Shown: piece by piece, positions 49,709-62,029 of the stretch | Position numbering within the stretch: the first letter of the stretch is position 1 | How the letters are laid out: the number at the start of each line of letters is the position of its first letter | Assembly: GCF_036321535.1 (NCBI RefSeq) | Contig: NC_087437.1 | Location: forward strand, 38,070,001-38,134,000 | Direction of reading: 5' to 3' | From: Camelus dromedarius | Taxonomy: Eukaryota | DNA: 64,000 nucleotides | Notes under the pieces: generated by a model | What the model was told of the DNA's origin: nothing | What the model saw: the letters and a program-made list of their open reading frames with translations, nothing else | Database searches by the model: none | Program-made: the position numbers and the translations under genes

Positions 49709-50255
49709 TGTTAGGCAGTTAGAGAAGCTGGGGGCACCGGGCAGATAGGGGAGGAGAGGACTGTCCTGCAGATGACGTTGTGCCCGCCTCCAGCATAAAC
49801 GGACTTCACTTCTTCTACAGGAATGCCAGCAAGAAATCAGTTAGAGCCCTACAGCCATGAGTGCCCGGTAGCAGAAAGGGCTTAACCAGATACAACCTGG
49901 TGTTCACTGCATTCTAATTAACATTGCAGTTTCAGCCCGCCACCTCCTCCCATGGGCTTTTCTATAAACACCTTGGCAAGGACATGCGCAAAAGGGGCCA
50001 AACATGACTAAACATTCCAGGGACAAGAGCCATCAATCAAAAGACCACCTCTAAGTGAGGGTATGAGAGAAAGGGGAGACAAAAAGCCCTGGCCTTTCCT
50101 CCCTTGCATCAGCCCACCTCCTGTTCTTGGATGTGTACTTCTCCTTGTCCAAATAAATCTTTTAAAATCTTTTGCTACACAATGCACCCTCTCCTGACTG
50201 TAAATTTCTCTTTTGGGACTGACAAGAACTGGGCTCTTTACCTTTTGGGGTAACA
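49709..50255 (+). mobile_element. Solo LTR, ERV1-type (547 bp)
   Basis: TGTTA...TAACA termini with perfect 4-bp TSD gttt (49705-49708, 50256-50259). TATAAA at 49963-49968 and AATAAA at 50152-50157. Confidence 0.85.
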
Positions 50256-52914
50256 GTTTCACTTCCATAATGTCTACTTTTCCTTATAACCTGAGCATAA
50301 TGTCATTTTATCAGAAAGTCTTCCATAACTGCATAGGCTAGGTTGAAGTCCCCCAATGTATGCTCTTGTATCACAGTGTTCCCCTCTGCGCATCACACGC
50401 ACACTTACTCTGTCTAGATAATCTACTCCAGGGGGACAGCCACTCTTTTCATTCCAGCTGCACTCCAGTGCACAGCGTAAGTTTTCATCAATGCATGTTC
50501 TAAAGAATAAATTATATAGCTAGTCATAAGGCCTAGACACATTGTTATCATTTATGGGTTTTTTTTTTTTTTTTGTGGGGGAGGGCAGTTGCGGAGTTTT
50601 TTTTATTTGTTTTTGTTTTTGTTTTTACAGATCAACTTCCTTCAGTAGTGTACTAAAGCACATGATTATTTAATAAAAATCAGGGACACAAATCATCTGA
50701 AGCCACCCAGGGGCTGGAGGGAACTTAGTGTTAATTCATTGTGTTTATTGCAGTTTTCCACATTGCATGGTATTATGCATTGATAATAATAGGCAACATA
50801 TTGAATACATGGTGTAATGTCTTTGGCCACTTCATGTATTATAATGTAATAGTGGTCAATTGTTAGCTAGATTGCCTTATGTTTTCAGACTATGGCCATG
50901 CTGTAGAATAGACATTCTGAGCTGAAAATCATACTCTTGCTTATAGTCTTCACCTGAACGAACAGTGGTTCACTGCTGTTTTTCACCATAATAAACTTTC
51001 AGGACTGAGCGCTGGTAAGAGTGGTCTGCTTGGATGAAAAGATCAGTGAGGTATAAAGACAGGAAGGTAAGGATTTGACAAGTTGCTTCTTGAATAAAAG
51101 AGGAGTACAAGAGGGAGTTCTGGCTTCCAGACAGCACCCAAGAAAAAGTATTAAGAAGTATATGGAGAGGAATGCCTTCCTAGAGATCACATTTATGTTT
51201 CTTTCTTTTTTCTCCCAAGCCATACTGAGAAGGGATTTGCTTTCTAGCCAGCGGTCCAGTTGAAGTGATTCTCAAATGTAGTTTTTTGTTGGTAGTGGTG
51301 ATGGTGGTTTTTCTGTTTGTTTGTTTGTTGTTTTTTGTAGCTTGTACCTCATCCTGAAGTTTGTAACAAAGGAAGAAGAGGAAAGACTAATGAGTCACTT
51401 TAGAGATTGAATGAGACACAATAATTGCTCTTCCCAAGACACTGACAGTCACTGTAGAGAAAACAATGATAATAATTGCAATTGAAAGCTTAGTTTAAAT
51501 AGAGAGGATGGAAGCAACTGCACAGTTCTATAACCCCTGAGAGTGTTTTGCTTTGACATTTGGCTCCAGTAAAGTAACGCTTGATTCGTTTAATGAAAAT
51601 GTTAGACATGGTTATCTTGCATAAATGCAAGTATGCATGATATGAAAGATATTTGGGTGCTGGAGGGTGTCTCAAAGGCAAGTCACAAATGTCAGAGAGG
51701 TCCCAGCTGTGCATTGCTCCTGGGTCCCACCTGAGTAAAGCATCTGCTAAATTTGCTCCAGAGATCCCAACCCCCAGAACAGGGGAGGCCACAGTGATAG
51801 AAGTGGTGCACATGGAAGCACTAGGGGTCTACTGGGAATGAGGAGTGGGCGGCAGCAGTCATATGTTCAAATTATTTTATGAAAAACATTTTCCATGGCA
51901 GTTATTGATTGGATTATTCTTATGAAGCTCAAATACTGAAGCCTATCCTCATCCCAGGTACACGGCGGCTCTGAGAAAAGTCAGTTCCTGCCGTTAGTAT
52001 GTCCAAAAGGCTCATGCAGAGAAGGCTACACATGATTAGGACATGTGCCAACTTTTAAGAAGTACCGTCCACGAACTTCAGGCAGCGATGGATTTTGAAT
52101 TCCTGGAGGTCATTCTCATCTACATTCTATGGATAGAACATAGCAGAGAGCAAAAATGTAGCAAAGAAAAATGACACTATTCTTGCCCTTCTTCTAGCTT
52201 TCCACCGAATGAACATCCCCAAAGTCCCCAACTCAGAGAAATTTTATTTCTAAGATACTCTGAGAGGGAGAGGTCACAGAAGGTTTTGTCGTAACTTAGA
52301 TTGTGCTCAAAGCAAGTGACATAAAATAAGGCTGCAAGGTATTTGACCCTTTAGGGAAATATTGTGCTTTTTAAAATCAATAATTTGTGAGAACACAGAA
52401 AACATGCTGATATACTGCGTATTCCCCGAGTTCCACGTCCTGTAGCATGGAAGTGCATTAAAAACAGTAAAAAAGAAAAAAAAAGACTGCGGGTGGACCA
52501 TGGTAGTCCAAAGACGCTCATTATTGATAAATTGTCACAATATATCCTGAATTCACAATGCCCTGGGATGTTTACAAGGAAGCTGCTGGTTTTCAATTCA
52601 GGATTTGAAGGGCAGATAGAATTCAGTAAGTATGGCTAATGAGAATAAAGAAAAGTGCCTTTGTTTTCTCAAAGGATTTTATTATTTTGTCAGGATACTC
52701 AAAGGCAATGCTTCCCAATCTTCTTCATGATATGATATGCATAGGAAATAATAACACTGGTAGGGGACACCAGAGAAACTGAGAAGAATGCTTAAGGACA
52801 AGAAGGTTGCCAGACCAGGTGACTCCAGAAGTCACAGGCTCACTACTCACCAGTGATGAGAATGAATACAGTAGCACTTAAAAAACAAACAAACAAACAA
52901 ACAAACAAAGCACC

Positions 52915-53607
52915 ATTTTATTGAGGTAAGATTGACATACAAAAAACTAGACATTTGATGGGGAGGGTATAGCTAAGTGGTAGAGTGCATGCTTAGCGTG
53001 CATGACATCCTGGGTTCAATCCCCAGTACCTCCATTAAAAAACAAACAAACAAATAAATAAATAAATAAATAAGGCTGATTACCGCCCCCCCATAAATAA
53101 GTAAATAAAAAGAAACTGCCACTTAAAAAAAAAAGAAAGAAGCAAAACAAACAAAAACAAAAAAACAAAAAAAGAGCTGGACATATTTAAAGCATATGAC
53201 TTGATGAGTTTGGCAATAAGTAGACACTCATGAAACTGTCACTATATTCAAGGTCATAAATGTATCCATCATCTTGAAAAATTTCCTCTTGCCATTCTTT
53301 ATATTTTTTTTCTTTAATTAAAAAAAATGTCTTTTGTGATAAGAGTGCTTAACATAAGCTACCCTCAGAGCAATTTTTTAAGCAGAGGATACAGTATTGT
53401 TAGCTATAAGCCCTATATTTACAGTAGGTCTCTGGAACTTATTATCTTACATAGCTGAAACTTTTCATCCTCTGACTGACACCTTCCAATTTACCCTCCG
53501 CATAGACCCTGATAAATACGACTCTACATTCTGGTTCTATGAGTTTGACCATTTTAAGTTCCTCATAAAGTGGACTCATGCAGTACCTGCCCTGTGTCTG
53601 GCTAATT
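52915..53607 (-). mobile_element. L1MB-like 3' end interrupted by a SINE
   Basis: ttttattgaggtaagattgacatacaaaaaact | ...atatttaaagcatatgacttgatgagtttgg...gtattgttagctata...ggaacttatt...ttctatgagtttgac...aagtggactcatgcagta. Confidence 0.8.
52960..53173 (+). mobile_element. tRNA-derived SINE (camelid-type)
   Basis: ggggagggtatagctaagtggtagagtgcatgcttagcgtgcatgacatcctgggttcaatccccagtacctcca (A and B boxes) plus a long A-rich tail. Degenerate flanking repeat aactagacat / agctggacat. Confidence 0.9.
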
Positions 53608-53785
53608 GCAGAGTATCATGTGCTCCAGTGCTTCTTAACCCTTCACTGTACATCACCCTGCACTGGCACACTGATTGGGGAGCTCCATCCTCAGGTATTT
53701 CACGGATGCTGCTGCTTTATCTTGATAGAAAAGCTCATTGGGGACTTAATTTACCTGGAAGCCTAGTTCATGTAGGTTTTCATTG

Positions 53786-54678
53786 TAATGCTCTCTATTG
53801 GGATATGCCTGGGAAGATAATGCCTTCAGCACAAATGCCGCAGTGAATCCCAAAGGCACTGAGTTGGAGACACCCAGCTAACTTCACACCTTATGGCAAG
53901 TTCCTTCCTGAAGAGAGATCTGAGTGGCATATTTCCATGATGCCACAGTCTATGACGTGCTAAAGACATCCATTTCTTCATCCTTAAGAAAGCAGTGCAT
54001 CTATCATTCTCAGGAGCCTCTTTCTTTTAAAGGGAGATTGAGAAGAAAAAGGTTGGGGGTTCACAAAACAGCCTAGGGCCATGACTTGTGTTAATCCTTT
54101 CCCTCCATCACCATTTATTCTAAATCTCCCTCACCCTTATTGATCTCACCTTTACAAGTCTTGGTATTTACCTGCTGATGTGACTTAAATCTTTATTCTT
54201 GAGAAATCTGAGCCCCTGGTATCTACATGCACTCAAGCTAGGGTTGCTGCATTTATCCATTTACAGTTATAACTGGGCAGGGACATACCAAGAGGAACCC
54301 AATGAAGTATTTGAGTTTTCTGCATACTTTTCCTGCCCCAGTGGTGTAACAGCAGCTATTTGTCTCCTCTTGCTGATCAGTTTCTGCTGTGTCTGCCTGG
54401 ATGGGAACTCCTCTATCATCAATCTTTGGGCAGATCTTTTCTTTGAACTCACCAATACTTTCTTAGAGCTAAGTCACAGTCAGACATTTTTTCCACCCAG
54501 TCTTCCTTTTCCTCCATCTCCTCTCACAGGTTTCAGATCTGCATCATGGTCTGAATGCTTTCTTATCCTACTCTTGTTCCCTCTCCCTTCATCTTTTATA
54601 GTCATTAACCCCTAATAAATATTTTGCACTATTACCTCTGTCCAGGTGCTCACTTCCCAGAGTACACAGACCGACACA
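53786..54678. mobile_element. LTR16-like (ERVL) LTR split into opposite orientations, with internal-like sequence between
   Basis: The minus strand from 53947 reads tgtggcatcatggaaatatgccactcagatctctcttcaggaaggaacttg, an LTR16-like 5' end. Plus 54385-54678 has the 3' half: ctcctctcacaggtttcagatctgcatcatggtctgaa...AATAAA (54614-54619)...gaccgacaca. Confidence 0.65.
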
Positions 54679-56609
54679 ACGAGCAAGTGTGAGAAGCGAA
54701 GCAAAGTAAGTCAGGCTGGAAATTTTTGCCTGAGGCAAACAATTAACACCCAAATGAGGTTAAGTAATGGAGTAAGATTTTCTTTTAGCAGTAGAGTGAA
54801 ATAATTGTTTTCAAAATATTATCTGTCAGTAGTATAAGATAAATATAATTTTTTGGTATTTTTATTGTATCTTTCTTCACTGTTTATAGTCAAGGGATTG
54901 GCAGTTAAAAAAGCTTAAATATTGCAATCATATACCTTTTTATTGTTTTCTCTATTGTTCTTTCCTTATTTCTGATACATAACTTTTCCTCTATTTATGT
55001 ATTAATTTCTACCTAACATTTTTTGATGCTAAAGAATATTGAAAAATCATTCATTTCTAAGTACATCTTCATTCATTTGACTATAACAACATCTCAGAAT
55101 TACTTTTATTTCAACTGTAAAATATAAATCTCAATTGTATTTAATAAATATGTATTCTAAGTTTATTTTCAATACCAGTCTTTTTTTCTTTCTTCCTTAA
55201 AAAGATGCCAACTAAGTTCTTTGTTTGAGCCAGAAAATTATTCAAATACACTATTTACATGATAAATAAAATTCAAATAATTAGAATTTCTGAAGAGCAC
55301 AGATAACCCTCAATATATATGACTATATATGTAATTAAAAAAAAACTTGTATTATTTAATACATAATTGGTCATAGATCCCTTTGAGTAACTAATGAAAC
55401 TGGTGTTTTCTCCCCAGAAAAAATGAACATAATTTTATCAAATGTTTTAATGAAATTTATTGCATTGAAAATTTATTCCCCTCACAGAGATAGAGAAATA
55501 ATTTTTACAAAGAGTTATGTCTCTCTCAGTTTTATCTTTCATTCACAAATGAATTCTACTTTCAGAGAGGTAGATACATTTTAAAAATTTTCTCAATAAA
55601 ACCAAAAGCAAATTGTATTTCTGCATCAAAGTAAACTTGAAGAGGAAACAGCTATAGTTTGCATAAGAAATTGAAATTTCAAGCAGTCTTTCACATGGCA
55701 AGTTCCAAGTGATCTTTATATCCAACTGATTTTGATTTTTCACTTTCATAAGTGATAGTATCTCTGTTGAACATTAAAAGGAATTTCGGGTTATGGAATG
55801 CAAAGATAATATAAATAACCAAATTGCAAGGATGAAAATGCATCTGGACTTCTGTCCCTACTGAAAATAGGGACTCAAAAAAATTCATAGGGACTCTCAA
55901 GCTCTTGTGTCTGCTTTTCTCAGTGTATTGGTTGTGTTTTGTCCCCTCACTTTTTTATCTTTCCATATTACAGGAAGCATAACTGTTGATACCGCCTAGG
56001 TTTTAAACATTGTAACTCCTACTGGGGAAGAATTTATCTAGAAGCTGTTTCCAGAGACTCATTACTCCAGCCTGGAGTAATTGTATTCTGACTGGTGTGG
56101 CAAGCGCCTGAAGTCATATAACAACTTAGAAGTTTCCGGAATTGTTAGGGTACTTGCACTAACAAGATGAGGGAACAACTGGAAAAATATTTTCATTGAT
56201 GTAACCCACAACATGTTGAAATAAATTTTAATGCTAATGGATGATTTTCAAAAAAAAAAAAAAAATACTACACACACAGTGTGGCTACCTTCTTTTAAAA
56301 TCAGACAGACTAAGCCTTTCAAGAGTTTCATTAGTGTTCAGAGCTCTTTTTATTCTGCTCAATGCTTTGACAAAATTTTTCGCCATATGGAAGTTGTAGA
56401 CAACCTTTAAAGTTCTCGAAAGAAGCTTAGCTTAAAAAATGATAATTTTTCCTTGTTAGGAATACAGCCCTAAATTTGGAAGTAGAGACTCAAGAAAGCA
56501 TTATTAGCTTTACCTCAAAAAATAAAAATGGCCTACCTCTCAATATTGCCAAGACATATATAAAAATAAGTAAAGAAGCTTTTGTATTTCTTTATTAAAT
56601 GGCATCATG

Positions 56610-57000
56610 AAAAAGTAGATGTTTTAATTTTGTATTGTAGAAGTTGTCAAACATATTTAAGAGTCTGAATAAATTACAAATTGCCATGTACTCATCAAAC
56701 AGCTGTAATAATTATTAATATATTTCCAAACTTTTTTTTATCTCTATCCTTTTCTCTTGTCTCCCTACCAGATTGTTTTAAAGTAAACACTAGACATACC
56801 TTCATTTTTCCTGTAATACTGAAATATGTATCTATAAGGAAATATAAATTTTAACTTACTTTTACATGGTTGTTTGAATCACACTCCAAAGGGCTTTATA
56901 CATTGTATTAGACTAAGGGTGTCTCCTAAGTTCCTTTAATTGTCCTCTTTTAACTTATTTGTTCCAGAAATGGGATTGCTTCCTCATATTTTGATTTTTT
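56610..57000 (-). mobile_element. Old L1 (L1MC/ME-like) 3' fragment
   Basis: ttttaattttgtattgtagaagttgtcaaacata...ccatgtactcatcaaacagct...ttttaaagtaaacactagacat. Confidence 0.5.
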
Positions 57001-57012
57001 TTTAATCTCTGT

Positions 57013-57175
57013 GAGAAAAGGGAGTAACTGCTAATAGGTAGAGAGTTTCTCTTTGGCATGCTGAGAGAGTTCTGGAGTTGGATAGTGGTAATGGCTGTAT
57101 AACTTGTAAATATATTAAATCCACTCATTTATACGGTGAGTTTTATGGTATGTGGATTATATTTTTTAAAAAAGG
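57013..57175 (+). mobile_element. L1MB-like 3' end
   Basis: gggagtaactgctaataggtagagagtttctctttgg...gttctggagttggatagtggtaatggctgtataacttgtaaatata...ggtgagttttatggtatgtggattata. Confidence 0.8.
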
Positions 57176-57240
57176 GATTAAAAATTTTTAAACAGAATGT
57201 AAACATTTCAACAGGAATGGAGTTAAGATATCTTCTGGCC

Positions 57241-57402
57241 CAGTGGTTTACAAGTGGCTGATTATTGAAATCACATGAAGAGATTTCTGTGTAAATAGAT
57301 TTTCTAGGTATTCTTATTTCCTAGGTCTGAAGTGAGACACAGAAGTATTACATTTTAAAAGATACTGTGTGATTATAATTAATATTTAGTTTTCAGAACC
57401 AT
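57241..57402. mobile_element. MER5A-like element followed by MIR fragment (~57403-57500)
   Basis: Starts cagtggtttacaagtggctg...ttgaaatcacatgaagag, contains taggtctgaagtgagac and ends ttcagaaccatg. Confidence 0.6.
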
Positions 57403-58726
57403 GAAGAGGAAAATAAAGCCCAAGGAGATGTGACATGCCCAAGATCAAAGGGCTGGTGGCAGCTGGAACCAGAAACCAAGCCTTTCAGTTTCGTTTCCTT
57501 GATTTCTTCTTAATGCTGTGCCGCTTCCCATCACAGGCAGCTTCAAACCAATTAAACCTGATACACACAGTTCTTGCGTCTCTTGTATATCACACAGTGA
57601 CCTGGGAAAAGCCACTTGAGCTGTGTTCCTTCTCGTTTACCCTAGGCCAACAATCCAGCCCTTGGAAGCAATCCATTTCCGCTTCCTTCCTTTCAAAGTC
57701 GCTGCTTCTCCCTTTACTCTGGAACAAGAGAACAGTGTGGTTTATGTTGCAAATTTGGGAAATCGTGCTGGGCGAGGGAAGTAGATCAAAATAAATCCAG
57801 GATTCTATTTCAACAGGATGGATTTAGGTGCATTATTATTGTTGTATTATTCCTGCCTCTTCCTGACTTCCTAAAAGGTCTGCCTGCCTTTTCAGGTCTC
57901 CCTCTTTTCTTTTCTTTTTCTCTCCACTCTGAGACCATGTTCCTAGCTCCTGAGAAGGTCAACCAAAGCAGAGTTGATATTACTATATTCTACAATATGC
58001 ATTATTAATGCCTATATGAATACCTTGTAAATAAAGCAACCATGGGGTTATAGCTCCACCAGAGGTGGGGAAGAAATAAAGGAGAAACTTTGGAGGATTA
58101 TTAATGTGATTATCACTTTGACCTTTTTGGTTACAGGATCTTCATCCTACCCAGCCTAGAGAACACACCTACCAGGGAACAGTCTAGCATTTTAGAGTAT
58201 GAGGTCCTGACTTAATATAGTGCTTCATTTTATTACATGAGTCAATAGTTGCAAAGTGCTTAGAACTATGTCTGACACATGGTGCTTTATAAGTGTTGAT
58301 ATTATCATTAGGGTTACTAGATGACTCACAACATAGGTTTCTCCGTGTAGTATAATAGTCAAGCTACTTCCTCTGCCCCAGTTCTTGAGACAAGGTTTGT
58401 TTCACTGCGGGTGAAGCATAGGTGACATTAGGGAGTGATAGAAAGGATTTTGGGATGGAAAACAGGAGATGCAGGCAGGCAAGTAAGCTGATAGAGACTG
58501 GAGCATCCAATAGACAAAGCACCAGAGACTCCCAGCCCTCCTTCCAACTTATGTTTGCACACAGCTTCCCTGAGATGTCATCTTGGGAGGAAAGCAATGA
58601 AGACCAAGGCTATTTGAGAGACTCAGAAATTTTTTTTTCCTCTAGAGACTGCATATTGACTGACAAGACTGTTTAAATGATAGAAAGCAGTAAAGGGACT
58701 TCCTGCAGTTATTCCTTTAGTACCAC

Positions 58727-58950
58727 GGTGTATTTGTTGTTTTCTTCTGAGCATCCATTATCCATTCTTCCTTCAGTCGCCTCATTTGGCAGTTGATCTC
58801 ATTACACTCTCAAACCAACGCATGTGGATGAACTGATTCACGGATAGTCTGTATTGCAGTCTTGACAGATCAGTGCATCCGTTTCCCCTAGGAAGAAAGA
58901 GCAACTGTAGGCATGTGATCTAAGCCAGTTCAATATGAGAGTGATATCAA
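58727..58950 (+). mobile_element. Old MLT1-like LTR fragment
   Basis: agcatccattatccattcttcct...catccgtttcccct...ggcatgtgatctaagccagttcaat. Confidence 0.45.
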
Positions 58951-59527
58951 TCCAAGAGTAGGAAAATACTATTACTACTAGAAAAGAAATTTCACTTGTG
59001 AGTTGCTTTGTATTTATTCAATGTGACTGTATCTAGGATTTAGGGAATTCTGAACTGAACATATGGTTTCATTTCTGTGGTCCCACCCCAACTGTATATA
59101 AATGTTTCAGTTAGAGCTGTTATCCTGTTGTGTGGCATTAATATCAGCAAATGATATTTTTCTCATATAATCCAATGTGCAAGACTGAACAGTTTCACTT
59201 GACAGGCATCCCTTCTAATTAACACAACAGTGCCAAAGATAATTGTGAAGCAGTATCTTTGAACTCACAAAGTCTTCTCATATGGAATTTATTTTTTTCT
59301 ACATTTTTTCAGTAGTTACATATGACTAAGAGTAATATAACCTTCTAGATCAAAAGTGTCTGTGGATAGAGATTGTATGCTGCATTTTGTATCCTATGTT
59401 TGGGTAAAATGGATTTCCCCCACTCATGTGTGTTTAATAGACTATGACCTTTGTTCTCCACTAGGGTCTCCTTTACCCTCTGCATTGGAAACATCAGTTG
59501 CCTTTGATATAAATGTCAAATGAACAG

Positions 59528-59934
59528 TGTTAGAGAAATTCAAATGGCTGCTGAAATAAATTTTTAGGCCCAAGATGGAGCAGCTCCTGCCTAGGGTGCC
59601 ACATCAGTAAATGGAAACTAAGATAGCTTTCCTGTTCCTGTAAATGCTCTACTTGACCAGAAACACTGTACATCCAGCCAGCCAGTCCCCAGCTGCCAAG
59701 AATCTGTAATGATTTCCTCGTTCTGCATGAGGTCAGATATGCAACCCCAGCCAATCAACTTAAACCAAATACCCTTTTGTTATTCCCCAGTTGTCTTTCT
59801 GTATAAAAGCTCGCAGCCCTGTTCCTTGCTTTGTAGTATTCTGAACTCTTTAAGAGGGGAGACTGCCCACTTCACAAAATGTAAAATAAAATTTGCTTAG
59901 ATCAACTAAATTGTTCTCTTTGGTTATTTTAACA
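59528..59934 (+). mobile_element. Solo LTR, ERV1-type (MER34-like)
   Basis: TGTTA...TAACA termini. Contains ccaagatggagc, CCAAT (ccagccaatca ~59747), TATAAAA (~59802) and AATAAA (~59885). No intact TSD. Confidence 0.7.
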
Positions 59935-62029
59935 TGACCCATTATACAACCTTAGCCTTGGCATAGCTTGTATTAGCAATATATGCCTGAAAGTTTTGTA
60001 TCATTTATGATTTTGTGTTGCAAAATGTACCAGAGAGGGAGGTTTTCTTATGAAAGAGGGAGCAGAAAAGGAATCAATAGGCAGAGAATCTCAGGAGTTC
60101 TAATCTGATGCTTTAGAGACTACCTCCCACTGCACACCATTTCTGGTATTTTTTAAAAAATGGAGCAACATGAGATTGCTGTCGTCAAGGCCTTATGATG
60201 TTTCTAGAGAGACTCCACTGAGCCTTGGAACTGAAGTCTGGCACCTTATCCAGACAAATACCAAGGGATAGGGTGATAAATGATGGTCCTAAGAAAAGTG
60301 TATTCCATTTCATCCTCTATTTTGTTTCTGGACTTATCATTTACAAAAACCTGCTCAGGAAATACACTATTCAAAGAACTAGGTGATAAAAAGATAGCTT
60401 TTGTAATAACGATGAGTGTAATTATTTTTTACCACAGCTCACTCATCTCTGAATGAATGAATGAATGGGTATCATTTTCAAATGCCTGAATATCAAGATA
60501 GCTTAATTTGGCTGTATTAGTATTAAAGAATGGAATTAGAAATTGTAGAAAATGCCAGAGGCTATAAGCTTCATGGGTGATTGGACTTTGGGGAATACCT
60601 ATGGTAAATTTACAAAATAAAATAGTGATGCTTATAAAGGAGGTGCTCAGTAAGTGTTTGTTGAATGCATAATTGTGAGTGCATAATTGAGACTGTGCAA
60701 AAGAAGTTATAACTATATGTATCTGAATGAAAAGTTGCCAGTAATCCATAGCAAAGGCAAAGGTATTAAATAAACTTTCATTATGAGGAAGGGAGTAGGT
60801 GACTTCAAGACTTGAATAGTCAATTATATCCTGTTTTCTATGAGCTAAGTTCATTTATAGCTGAGTGAAACCTGGGTTATAAAACAAGATTCTGCTCAAT
60901 GGACTTCTGTCTGCACTAGACATATTCAGAAACTGACTCAAGTAGAAATTCCACTCATTAGAAAGACTACTAAGGTCAGTGACCCCCAGAATTGGAGTAA
61001 GCATATTCTAATTTTTATTTTTAAAAAACCCAATATTTTAAAACTCTTCCTGAAATGGGCAGCTATGTTTCAGTCATAGTATATAAAATATCTTCAAGTA
61101 ACATTGAAGAGTACCCACATTCAGTCACCCCCTTTTAGTATATTTTAACCTGGTAGATAGTTTTCTACCCAAAACCAGGGACAGTTAATTTCATACAAAC
61201 ATGTTTTCAATGATAGACTATTTATAATACAGTGGAAGGAAATGCAGAATTACCAAAAATATTTTTATCACTCAGAGGTTTACGTGTTATTTCATAAAAC
61301 AATGTGCAACAAGGAGATTTTAAATTTTGTATTTTTTGGTAACAAAAATAAAAAATTTCTGACTAGTTTTCTAATATCACATAGCTAAAATGTTGTGTGT
61401 AGTAGTTTACCCAGCAGACATTAAGAAATAACCGAATATATTTTAAGGTAAAAGATTATTTTCAACAATACATAAGAAAGCAACTATTTTTCAAAGTAAC
61501 AAAGCTTTTTGAAAATAGATATCTAGAAATGTTCCCATTACTGCTATTCTGCTCTTTAACATGGTGTAAAGTTAATCTATTGAAACACTCATATTTGCAC
61601 ATTAAAACTTAAAGCATAACTTCTTGTCTGCTTAAAAATCTTCCAAATGAAGAGATTCAGTGTGATTTGAATCCATTGAATTGTAAAAATGCAACATACT
61701 TTGATCAGTTTACAAGAATAACAAATGGGAAGATGAAAAACACCAGGTGAATTTCAGCAAATTCTTGTCAAAGTTGGTAGACAGGACTGAGAGAAAAAAT
61801 AATATTTATGAAGATCAGTCAATGGTGATATTTATTAACTTATACCTGTGTATATTTATGAACGTTTTTTTCAGGTAGGACAATGGGTATCAAGCTAAAT
61901 ATGTTTAGGACCAGAACTTCAAATCACTGCACCATAAAATGTTAAACCAAGCATATTCAATCATATTGATTTCACTAAAAAATTATTAGCTTCTCTGGAA
62001 CAAGACAGTTTTTGTGCTGTTAGCAAATG

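Larger units (their letters stand above)
48650..50500 (+). mobile_element. Decayed L2, interrupted by an L1 tail and an LTR
   Basis: L2-like blocks: tctcaaactcagaatg, aaccttggaaatatctttgat, ctgcaataatctcctg...ccctcctccaaatcaatattt, and 3'-end-like ccagtgcacagc...tcaatgcatgtt...gaataaat. Confidence 0.6.

Noticed and set aside
52960..53032. tRNA gene-like sequence (also 32465-32541)
   Set aside because: It is followed by an A-rich tail, flanked by target-site duplications and diverged in the stems, so it is a SINE, not a tRNA gene.
53397..54615. 149-aa and 138-aa ORFs
   Set aside because: They have non-ATG starts, lie across decayed L1 and ERVL sequence, and show no recognisable domain.
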